In this document: positions 12,549-30,985 of the stretch, piece by piece
How positions within the stretch are numbered: the first letter of the stretch is position 1
Layout: every line of letters starts with the position of its first letter
Source of the DNA: Phoronis australis
Lineage: Eukaryota > Animalia > Phoronida
NCBI GenBank assembly: GCA_002633005.1
Contig: NMRA01000212.1
Location: 113,312-177,311, forward strand
Direction of reading: 5' to 3'
Length of the DNA: 64,000 nucleotides
Notes under the pieces: model-generated
Database searches by the model: none
What the model saw: only the letters and a program-made list of their open reading frames with translations
What the model was told of the DNA's origin: nothing
Position numbers and translations under genes: made by a program

Positions 12549-15540
12549 CAGACAATTTTCATGTAGTTTTAGTAATGTTCTCTGCCTTTGCTCTTCGAAG
12601 CACGAAGACTCCATGATACCTTAAACCTGGACAATAAGAGAAAAACTCGTGTATGCTCATCGGGCTATGAGTTCGCCCTCTTGTGGGAATAGGCTCCACT
12701 GGTTTTAGATTACCAAAAGCATTGTTCTGGATCGTTGGGATTCAGGTGAAAGCGAAGCAAAAGCTATGGCGCTGTGTTGTCCTTCGTCCTAGTATAGGAA
12801 ACAAGTTTTATGCTTTCGGGCAGGAGGTGATGCCTCCATCGATACTGACGAATTGTGAAACACTTGGATGTAAGCATTGGGCTAAGGATGTGTCCAATGG
12901 TTCTGGTGTTACCAACGAATGTTCCAAAACCACGCACAATAAAAGAACAAAGGTAAACCTCGCTTTGAGTCTTTTATAGGCGCCACACTGACAAAACGGT
13001 TTTGTTTTAGGAATAAATTTCGGTGTGATTTAGGTCTGAGTGGAAAATGCATTGGGGAAAGGAGCCCACCAGAAACTCAAAAACGTCTCCCAAATTTACA
13101 AAACCTTGCTGAAACACTTGATGCATGGAAAAATAATTTCAAATGAAACTGAGCAGTCGGTAGACTATTGTCGTTTTTTGGGGGTGGCTCGTTAGAACTC
13201 CAAATTTCTAAGGACTGATCAAATGAATTGAATTCACTGTGGAGGTGTATACAAAATGCATGAAAATTACTTGCAAACGTATGCAGTTTTTGGACAAAAA
13301 CCTTCCATTAAGAACATTTCGTTGTGTCATTATCACAAAAGAGAAAACATGGTGCAAAGAATGGGATTAAGCTAAACTTTTCACATGCTGCCGGGAAATT
13401 GGTGGCTAGAGCACTCAAACCCATCTCTGATAATTTAAAAGAATGTCTCCAAAACGTTAACAAATATGCCCTAAAATATGAATACTAGAAAATGTTTTTG
13501 AATGGGAATTATTTTTGTATGAATCTCGAAATTTCTTTCGGAAATCACAGAAGTTACGAAAAATACTACAACTGATTCTAATTGCAAAGAATTGGTGAAT
13601 ACTTTTTTCATACATTTTTGCACACATGACCTGGTCTCCCAGTATTCGCATGCTTCACAGAAATAAGCACGAAGTATCCAATTTTAAATGCTTCATACGT
13701 ATGTTCAAATAGAATGAAATTTCTTCTGTGGAACACTGAACAATTAATTTAAGTGTTCTCCACCTTGGTGCGAGCTTTTAGTTGTTGAAAAAATACCTGC
13801 CGCGCTGGACCTAGTGCAAAAGTCAACTTCGGCGCTTTTTCTAACTTTTTAACTTTGTGAAATTATGGGAATCCTGGAATAACCACTAGTTGGAATTTCC
13901 GGTATCCATATTTAAATTTTTTAGCACATTTAACTATAGTTTTGCACGATGTTCATTTTTCGATCTATCCCGAATGGTGTTTTAAAGTTCTTTGACACGA
14001 GTTTGGCGAATATGACGGTTAAAATTCAAATTGAACGAGTTTCTGTTATACATCGAAACGATTCACGAACTTCGATCAGGATCCAAATTGAAAGCCGCGT
14101 GTCCTTGCATTCTCTAACAATAATCTTGGGTCGTATTTTTGGCGGACCATGTTAAACTTTCCTCGATTACGTTGATGAAAGGACAATAAAAGGACCAGTG
14201 CACATGGCTTTCGGTATTTTGTACCGGGATTAAAGATAATAAAATGATGGCATAAAATTGGATTGCTTTAATTTGAATTCTTGCCATTCTCGCCAAACTA
14301 GGGTCCAGCAACGTTCTTACTTAATGTTTGTTGCTGGCATTTTGTTACGCCTGGTTGTGTGACTATTGCTACTTCTTATATTTTTCTGTTTCATGGGGTT
14401 ACCCCTTGTATGGGCCCAGTTGTACCTGTATACGTGTAGAATATTCAAATACTCGCTTTTCTTGAATTGTTTTGACACCACATTGTTCCTGAGACTTTGC
14501 TGTCGGGCTCACACGACTGTCCCTTGTTTTCGCGCCTACATGTAGGTGTCTACAAACTTTATTTTGTTTTCCTCAAAGTGAATTGCTTAGCAGTACGAAC
14601 AAGAAAATGCAATTATAAACATCGTCGATTTTATCACTGTTTTGTTGGTAACAAGAAACACGGTTTCAAATCCCTTATGTTTTGTAGTCTGACTCTGTCA
14701 GTGTTCATCAAGAATCAAAGGATCTCATATATTGCGTCTTTGTAATCTGGAGTTTGCGTTACTAAAAGCGACTGACTGATGATGGCGCTGTGTTCTTGGG
14801 TGACAAAGAGGATCAATCAAAAGATGGTCTCTGATGCTCAGGGAGTACGTAAACAGATGACGTAACACGGGATGTACCGTTTGGATGGGTATGACTTACA
14901 CGGCCAGGTGCCATGTCTGATTTAAATTACTTAGGCCTACATGCACGAAACGGTTCAATTTTCATTGAGTTAGAATCGCCAGTGAGAGTAGTCTACAAAA
15001 GGGCGATATTTGCTACAGAACTCTATTGAAGGTTTCATTCTAAAGATGTGTTTATTCTATTTCAATTCAATAAATAGGCATACTGTGCGGCTAAAGTCCT
15101 TACAAGAGAGTTTTATGAAAGGATTACCTTTTCACAGAAATTCCGAGCAAATGGCTCTCTGGCCTGCCTGGGGTCGCTAACCAAATTTACACGGAAGCGG
15201 CATCAACGCATCCTTCAGATTTTAATCCTGTAAACTTGAATTATGGTTTGATCTTTCTAACGCCGGCTAGACTGTACAGGGAAATCTATCCACGACGCCT
15301 GGTCATTTAATCGACACAACAATTTTTGTAAGACTGCATAAAAGTAAAAACTAATTCTTAGAGTCTTTGGGAAAAAGTGCCGAGATTTTTATCGTTATAA
15401 ATCCTTCGAGAATAACGGTTTGCGCAGTTAATGACATGGTGGTCTAACCTCTTCCTTCCTTCGGTTTCTAACTTAATATGCAACTTTTGTTTTTTTCCAA
15501 ATGGGTGAACGTTACACACCTAAATTACGTTCGTAAATGA

Positions 15541-15760
15541 ACTTTAATTTACGCTGTAAATAATTAATTTACGCCATAAAGAATTAATTCACCCTGCTAA
15601 AAGTTAATTTGCGCTGCAATTTATAAATTTAAGCAGTAAAAATTTAATTTACGCCTTAAAAATTTAATTTGCGCTTCAAACAATTAGTTTACGCCGTTGA
15701 AAGTTAATTTACTTTGAAAAATAATTAATTTACGCCGCAAATAATTATTTTACACTGCAA
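15541..15760. repeat. Degenerate 20-bp minisatellite, ~11 units
   Basis: Consensus about AATTAATTTACGCCGYAAAW with near-strict 20-bp period. Confidence 0.9.
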
Positions 15761-16430
15761 TTGTTAACCAAAAAGGTGCGGAACCGTTTATCGTACAGGG
15801 ATTAACAATTTCAAAGAAAGGGAAAAAGTGCGACTAAGTCTACACTAAAAGCACACATTTATGAAAGTAGGAAAGTCTGTAGACATTTGATTTTTAATTT
15901 TAGTAAGCCTACACCATTGAATCTGTCAACATGGTCACTGTCACTTTGTCACTCACTGTCACTTTGTCAGTAGTCTACTAGTCACTGACGGCAAAGACGA
16001 AAGGTACATTCATGACAAAACAACACAGTATCAATAACGTAACCAAATTCCATTTAGTATAAATGTTCAAGATAAAATCTAGTCAGAAATGCTGTTACAG
16101 TTTTCGTATTTTCATTTTTTGTAAACGTAACTTTTGAGTCCGTTTACAGGCTCACGTTCCGAATATTTTTGGACAGTTTTGCAAGGCCCTATATAACCTT
16201 AACATGTTTTTCGTTTAAACGTTTAATTTTAAGTACGCCTAAAATGGAATGTTTACATGGCATATAGTATCACAACAAGACATTTGGCCGTTTGACAGTT
16301 GGGGATTCAAATGTCACCTCACTGCAGGCGCTCCGGGTTTAGGCCCAGTAATTTCGCCGTTCCAAGGAAGTTTGGGTCTTTCAATTAATTTTTTTATTTG
16401 CGTTCTGTAGTAATAACCCAATGTGTGTAG

Positions 16431-16614
16431 TGAGTCAGTAAGACGTCAGGAAATTGTTTAGGCGTTCGAAAATTACGAAATGGCACTATTCCCAGCCTGA
16501 GTGCGCATTTGGAGCTGAATCAACTGCCACGTCTCTTGGTGACGTCACCTTAGCAATTGTATGATCCCCCCTATGGGCTGCAATTGTTCATACACGGAAG
16601 AGGGAAGCCATCTT
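16431..16614 (+). promoter_or_regulatory. Rab1 proximal promoter motif cluster
   Basis: TGAGTCA (16431), TGCCACGT (16525-16532), palindromic GGTGACGTCACC CRE (16538-16549), CGGAAG ETS-like site and GCCATCTT YY1-like site (16607-16614), all within 280 bp of the ATG. Confidence 0.55.
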
Positions 16615-16707
16615 GGAAAAGGGGTAGTGTTGGCTAGATCTGTAATTTTTCATCTTCAGTCGATTGATTTGTGTACAGAAAACAATCACTTGCAAGTTAA
16701 GCGTGAT

Positions 16708-23958
<7,251 letters not shown>

Positions 23959-26197
23959 TGGCCTACACGAACTTTGCAAGAAGTACATGGTGCATGTGAT
24001 TGTCTATGGGGGTTTTGTTACTCGTGTTTAAGAACGTAACAGGTTGAACTTGAATTTGTCATGTGTTCCTGTCAATCTTTGATGGTCTTGATTGGACAGC
24101 ATGGCCTTAAAGTAATCTTATTGTAAACAGATAGAGATGTGGGACAGTGATTTTCTTTGGAAACCATTCAGATACTGTACATAGTTTTGGCTTCATGTAG
24201 TCTTTGTTCCACCCTTGACCATATCTCTTCCATGTACAAGTCACTGAAGGATGGAGTTTGTCAAGCAAATATCTAATTTAAAGTATAGTCGTGATTATAT
24301 AATTGTATTTCATTGGCTTCGTAAGCATATTATATTGTAGTTGTTTGGGCAGTCAGGTGCCAATATTCCAATATTCCATTGTCAGTGTTATAGAACAAAC
24401 TTAACACGTGATAGGGTGCTAGACCGTCTGGCATATTCACACATTCTAGTTGGTTCTGGTACAGCAAGGAATTGTCATTTCCTTCTAGTACTTGAATTAC
24501 TGTTTTGTCACAATTCCCTGTTAATTTATGTTAATTACATCAAGTGCAAATAGAAGCACTGTAAGGACAAAAATGTCACATATAGTTAACAATTTAAGTA
24601 TTCGATCTTTTGTCTTTACGGAGCTGTGGGAGACTTATTTTATCAGCATAGCACAGGTATCTGTTATGTATCATTACCACCCATTTCACGTCAAACTGGA
24701 ATATATTTTGTTGTGTTAAATTTGTTATGATTTCACCGTTTATGATTGGTACTGTACAGTCCATCTCAAAAGCAACTGGACAAAGTACTGTTTCCCCCAC
24801 AGAAACGGATACCTCCATCTGCAGTGAAAATAACTGGAAAGTCTTGTCATTGCAGCAAAATGCTAACTGTGGAAGAACCTGTCTGCCTTGCTGCTTTCCA
24901 GTAAAGTTCTTGTCATTCCTGATTACAGCGATGAATTCTGCTTGAGCTCATACATAGTCAGTTCTGAGTCATTTTGTTCAATTGCTTTTCATATGTACAG
25001 TACTGTGTTGACTAACTGTTCTGCTCATGATAGTAAATTGAGAAGTTTACTTTACCTTTCATACACTGCTCTCTTGAAAAACGGTTGTTTCATGTGACTA
25101 AAATTATTTACCATTGACGTGCTTGACTGATTGAAATGAATAATGGACAAAACTATGCCAAAAACTGCATATTTATTCTTGTTGGGTACCAGTAGGAGTA
25201 GTGGGGGATTACTAAGCTGGGTGTGTCCTACATGCCTTATTACCCTGCTTTGGACATCTCTCTTGTCTGTGGTGGGGTGTACAGTTTGGATTTGATGCCA
25301 CTTTATGTCTCTCTCAAAATATTTTTGTTTCTTAAACAAAAGATCACTTATGGATAAGATTCGCTTGGCAACCAAGATAGAAATATTTCCTCAATCATTC
25401 ACTTTCTTTTCACATCCGCTTTAGTAAAGGTCCTCTCCACTTTCGCGGCTATTTTTGTCTACCATTGGACTAAGCCAAGGCACAACAGTGACTCCCTCTG
25501 TTGTTGCTTTTTAACACAGGACCAGCTCGCTGCTTCCCTACGTGCCTAGTCAGCTACCGACCACCTAGCGGCACGCAAGGAACCAGCGAGCAGGATTAGC
25601 AGCTCTTATCGTTCCCAGAGATAAGCACGTATACTTGATTGCTTTCAACCTGCCATTGAGCATTTTTGTACTCATTTTAAATCTTCACAATAATTATCTC
25701 CGGGATGACGTCGACCACTATTTTAAACATGATACGAAGTTTGGTGTTAATGAAGAGAGTTAAGTTGATGCCTGGCATCCCAAAGCAAGGGTAGGAAGTA
25801 CCTACAGGCCTACGCACGAGCAGCGAATTAACCTCAGTTACCAACCACTGTCGTGCACTCAACCATAAAATCACTCCTAGAGTATGAACAGAGAGCAAGT
25901 ATGCGAACACCAACTCTTGTGTGCACTAACTTATTAATTCGCACGAATGCTCAGCAGTAGACGAAACATCTAGTTGTCATCTGAACATGTGATCAAAGCA
26001 TGTTTCCATGAGCTCGCATGGATCGCTGAAGTGGTAAATGGTACCCTTCCACCGGCTTATCTATCATATACGCGAATACGGACGTGCGTCGCCGACTCTA
26101 AAATAACCAAAATGTAAAATGAAGTAAAGCTGCGGAAACAACGATTTTTCAAGTCGCTTTTTCGGTTGCAGGCAACCCCCCCCCCCCGTGTTATTCC

Positions 26198-26278
26198 ATG
26201 GTTAAAAAGTGAACCACGGGAAATTTGTTTTTAAAACAAATTGTTAAACAATTTTTCCGTCGTTAACTTTTTAACCAT
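26198..26278. repeat. Inverted repeat / hairpin
   Basis: ATGGTTAAAAAGTGAACCACGGGAAATTTGTTT pairs with AAACAATTTTTCCGTCGTTAACTTTTTAACCAT. Confidence 0.75.
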
Positions 26279-26517
26279 TAGATGTTAAAACATCGAATAC
26301 TCGTATATTAATAGCTAGCTACGCTCCCGCCTTCCAGAGTTGAGGTTTTCGGCAAATTTCTGTAACGACTAGTCTTCGTCTCTGTGCTTGCAGGCACACA
26401 CAAATCTAACGTTGGTCGTGTAATAATGAATAATTTAATGCTTTCGTTGTTCTTTCATATTTGTCGAAAGCGAAAACATTCGATTGGTAAAATTTGTTAA
26501 GCACGGAAAGTGGGTAG

Positions 26518-26605
26518 CAGACGCGGATCCAGGATTTTGAGTTAAGGGGGCCAGGGCAGAGTATTAGTCACCGGGGTTTTGCTCGTCAGACATAGCACCT
26601 CGATC
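26518..26605 (+). mobile_element. Truncated copy (left end) of the 26920 MITE
   Basis: CAG..GCGGATCCAGGATTTTGAGTTA.GGGGGC.AGGGCA...TATTAG...TTTTGC.CGTCAGACAT.GCACC is shared with 26920-27000. Confidence 0.75.
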
Positions 26606-26919
26606 CGAACTGCCCGTTTGGTAAATGATTTTGATATTTAATTTTATCTAATTTGTTAATTAGGTAATACAGAAAAATAATATAAGACATGGTAAAATGA
26701 GTGAGAGTTGCGAAGAAGTGTGAACTTAAAGAGATGAACAAGATGTGTGAACGTGAAGTGGCATGAAAGATGATCACGGGACAACATAAATATATAGTAA
26801 ATAAAGTCGGAGTAATCACTGCAATCGATGACTTTAAAAACAAAGTTTGGTTTGATCGTTTAAAAAAGCTATGCCGCAATATTTATAATCATTGTATTGA
26901 AGAACCATTGAAATGTTTC

Positions 26920-27068
26920 CAGGTGCGGATCCAGGATTTTGAGTTAGGGGGGCTAGGGCATGGTATTAGCCAGGATTTTGCCCGTCAGACATTCGCACCC
27001 CCAAACAGTCAAATGGAATCTGGGAGAATTTTAGGGAGGGGCATGGCCCCCCTCTAAATCTGCCACTA
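26920..27068 (+). mobile_element. hAT-like MITE with apparent 5-bp TSD
   Basis: Termini CAGGTGCGGATCCAG ... CTAAATCTGCCACTA, flanked by GTTTC at 26915-26919 and 27069-27073. Confidence 0.65.
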
Positions 27069-27105
27069 GTTTCAATATAAGAACATAGTATATCACTGGG
27101 TTTAT

Positions 27106-28111
27106 CTATACAAATGGGACAGCCAAATACCACACACAAAAGCTTTTCACAATTTCCACTACTGGTACTATAAACACTCTGGCATTGCTATCTGTACCAC
27201 TATCAAAGATTTGATCTAAAACATTGGTAGTGACTGTTAAATATGTGACGGAAAGAAATTCCAGTGCTGTCCATTGACAAAGCACCAAGTCTGAATTTAT
27301 CTGTGCCACGGCATCCTCCTTGGACACATCTGGAGCACCAGCAGTCGGCATTGGAGGGGCATCAATTTCTAAGCGAATTTCAAGATCTCCAGCTTCTCTT
27401 TTGTTCCGCACTAAGTGGAAGGTGTTCTCCTTTCATTTACATACTCTGAAAAGCACAACAGCGGCAATTCAAAAGTAAAAAAACAACATTTTGAATCCAG
27501 AGTTGTCCATGATTAAAGTAAAACACGATGATATCTAATTGCAAGTTTTCGCCTTCTTTTATAACCTTCAAGCAAATGCCAAAACTAGATTTTAATCCTG
27601 TTTTTTTTGAAACAGACTACTTTGCCATCCTGTTTTACTTTATTCATAGTCTGCATTCTTTTCAAAATACATGCATCTTTTGAGATCAGCTTTATTTGTT
27701 GTGGCTTTTAGTTTTACTGATCCATTTATAACTAAATCTTTCACGGAAAAACAACAGATTTTAAACACTTGAGAACTACGGTGATTGTGAAAAAAGATTG
27801 TTATTGTTCAGGCACTGCGAAAGCGTCATGAATTATTAGACATCAAAATTCTCAAGGTAACTTACCTTTTTATAAGACCAGCTTCAACCTTCATGATGTG
27901 TTTGTCGTCAAAGCAGCCGTCCTCAAAATGGTCGGAGCATATTTCGGCTCCGACAGATGGCTGACTCGACAGTCATTTTCAAAAGACGAGCAGAGCACAC
28001 GAAAACCTGCCATTACGCAGCCAGATGCTTGTCTTTTTAGAATTTAAATGGGCTCATGCCTTCCACCTGGGTGGTGTTAAAATAGTTAGCACACACACAC
28101 CGATGCACCAT
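27106..28111 (-). pseudogene. Disabled two-exon THAP (C2CH zinc finger) domain gene, probably transposon-derived
   Basis: Exon 1, 28111-27866: MVHRCVCANYFNT...SPFKF*KDKHLAA*WQVFV...(frameshift)...QPSVGAEICSDHFEDGCFD, ending at a GTAAGT donor. Exon 2 from 27445 after TTTTCAG: RVCK*KENTFHLVRNK... THAP hallmarks (N-terminal Cys, W, ICSxHF) are present with three stops and a frameshift. Confidence 0.75.
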
Positions 28112-30985
28112 GGCTAAAACACGCCAAGGTTGAACGGTCTTTGTTCTTCGTGTACTGTGATATAATAGCAGTGAACTGCATTGTGGGATATGATCTGGTT
28201 TGTGTTCCCCAACACCATGTCACGGTGTCAAAGGTCAACTTTTCGCGCATTTTCTTATTTTCGCTTTTTTTAAATAATTAAAGATACAATAATACGATAA
28301 TTTGAATAAAATACATCCAAATAGCAATACCTTGAAGATATTATTGCAATTTAACATACTTGGACCTTGCAAATTACACTTTAAGAAGCAGTGCGATGTC
28401 TCCGGCCCAACAAGAGAACTCCGTAAAGCAATCTCAAAGTTAATATAGGCCTATTCATTACTTGTTCTTGTGTTATGTGAGTGAAGTGTTTGAACCGAGA
28501 AGTGGTCTGTTAGGTAATCGGGGGCATTATTGTGAACGATTTTATGTGCACTTGAATGCCCGCATAAATTTTACATAAAAGTTTTAGTACGAACTCACTT
28601 GAGGGCGTAGAACTGTGTATATTGCAAATCAAGAAAATTGAAATGGTGATTAAGATTTGGACCTTCGTGTCAAACTAGAAGTTTTGGACACTCGTGGGTT
28701 TCGTGTTAAGTCAAGATAAAAGTATAGAGAGGTGACTTACCGTGGACGGAGGACTTGATCGATTACGTTTCATTTTAATACTTATTCGCACACGCAAAAC
28801 TACATGCCCGCAAAAAATTAATTCGCTTGTCTGACAATTTTTTAGTTTATTTTCTATCTCAAATCCTGAAATGAAGTTTTGAATTTCTCGCGATGAAAAA
28901 TTGTTTCCCGCATTTATATCATTCAATGTTTCTTTCAGCTATAAATCGGGTTCTAAGAAACATGTTTTCCCGACTTTCGACGTAGGCTTCTCTCAGATCA
29001 TTGTGACTCTTCGAACGTTTTACTTATAAGAAAGTGGGCCTATTTTATGACGGTATTTTGTGATTTTCTAGCGAACAGAACTCTGTACAGCTGCACGAGC
29101 GTGCTTCGTACAGCGCACCGGCGTTTACCAGAAACGAGTCAGATGGTATGAGCACAGTGGCTTGTCGGCTCGGTGTTACTAAGCCCCAAATATAAGATCG
29201 GACTTTAGCACTTTCGGAATGAATTATGTGGTATAAAAAGAAAGTGTTCCCGCCGTAACATTGAAAGGAATGAATGCGTCAAATTATTACAATAATTCCT
29301 TATCTTTTATAGTAATACACATTTTGCTTCAGGTAAAATCGAGAGCAGATCAAAACTAAGGCCAGTAACCAAAGTAGCGGATATTTATGTCTCAATTCTG
29401 GATTTATGTGTTGGATAAAATTGAAAAGCAGTATTTTAGTCCTTCAGTCCTATCACTGATGGCGGTGTGGAGTTGGCGACGGAATAGTCACGCACAATTC
29501 GACACTGACTTGAAAATACCTGGCCCTCTCCTTGCCCTGGCAAAGCAAAAAGAAATAATAATTAACGGTTACTAGCATGCAATATAGTTTCATAACAATT
29601 CACTATTGGTCAACAATGTAGTGAAGCCATGTAATTACTGTCTGACAAATAGTTATTTATTGTTGATGGTATGTGGAATTTAATGCGTTTTTATGCTTAC
29701 TTCGATATAGGGATAGTAAGTTGTTTAATCACCAGTAAGGATATGTTAATTCACTTAGGTGGCGTGGTATAGGCCTATATGTGTTCAATTTCTGCGGGTA
29801 TAGCGGTGGAGTATGATGCGGCTTCAGTGCAAAGCTTTGGAAATCATTGTGACATCTTATTAAAAAAAATTTTTTTACCGATCAAAAAGAACAGTTTGTT
29901 TACAGATAGTGTGCGTGCTTGCGTAAGCCCTTGCATTAGTAATCAGTACCCGGCAAAGTAGGGCTCTGGCTGCCGCCGGGACCGCCTGCCTGAGCGCCGG
30001 GAACTCCATGGTTGAGGTGTGCAAGTATTCATGATTTTGGTAGGCTGGTTTTTAAGATATACAGATGACTAAAGTATTTGATTTTACTTATGAGTACCAT
30101 ATGCTTCAGAAATTCTATCAGTAAACAACGTGAGCATTCCCGCGAGTATACTCGTGCTCCACCTAGTGTTTGTCGGCTCACCTAGACTAACGCACCCAGT
30201 TGTGACATAAGTAAGCCTGGGTGATGGGGTTGGATGCTTAGGTTTAATTTTGAAATTTAGCCATCCCAGTGAATTTTTATGGAAAGTGAAATGACGTGTA
30301 CCTTGTTTTTGTTTCGTTCATTAACATGGTTTTAAAATTTTCCGCACTAGGGTACACTCGATCATGCTTTAGTACGCGGCTCTGTGAGAGTGTGAAATCA
30401 ACGTCAGTGAATCACTGCCAAATTTACCAAGACTTTCTACTTATCTACACCTGATATGTATGGATTAATCCGTCCTTAAAATTATTTGTGACACCGTCAC
30501 CCCATAGGACGACTGGTGAAATGGTTAATTTCCCCTCAGCTGGCTGGCACTCCGACAGGATTGACCCAGACCAACGGGATGACCTGCTTTGACCCGGTTC
30601 CTGTCCTCTGTCTAATCTCGAAACCAAATATTGTATGAATGCAATCTGATATGAATTTTAAAATCTACCCATAATTTACCATATTTGTCTTTTTAATGGT
30701 TGTCATATCTATCATTTAAGCATAAATTGGTTACAAAACTTTCCAAAAATCCGAAAGCGGTGCACATAGGTTCTTTGTATCAAGTATATGCGGAGGGGGC
30801 ATGTGTGTTAAATGGAACTGCTATCTTTGCTTGTATTCCTTAACGACAAACAGACCTGTACAAAGCAGGAGCTGCAACATGTTGCGGGATGGTTGATGTT
30901 CACCCGCGTTCGACAATGGTGTTTGCCTAAAAGGTGCTCGCCGAATCCAATTCTGTGATTGTCTGTGTGTTGATGACCCTTCACC

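Noticed and set aside
12620-14330. Transposon-like intergenic sequence and short ORFs between BBS1 and Rab1
   Set aside because: No paired termini, TSD or recognisable protein motif found by eye.
15541-15760. CRISPR-like array
   Set aside because: The period is only 20 bp with no unique spacers, there are no cas genes, and the context is eukaryotic.
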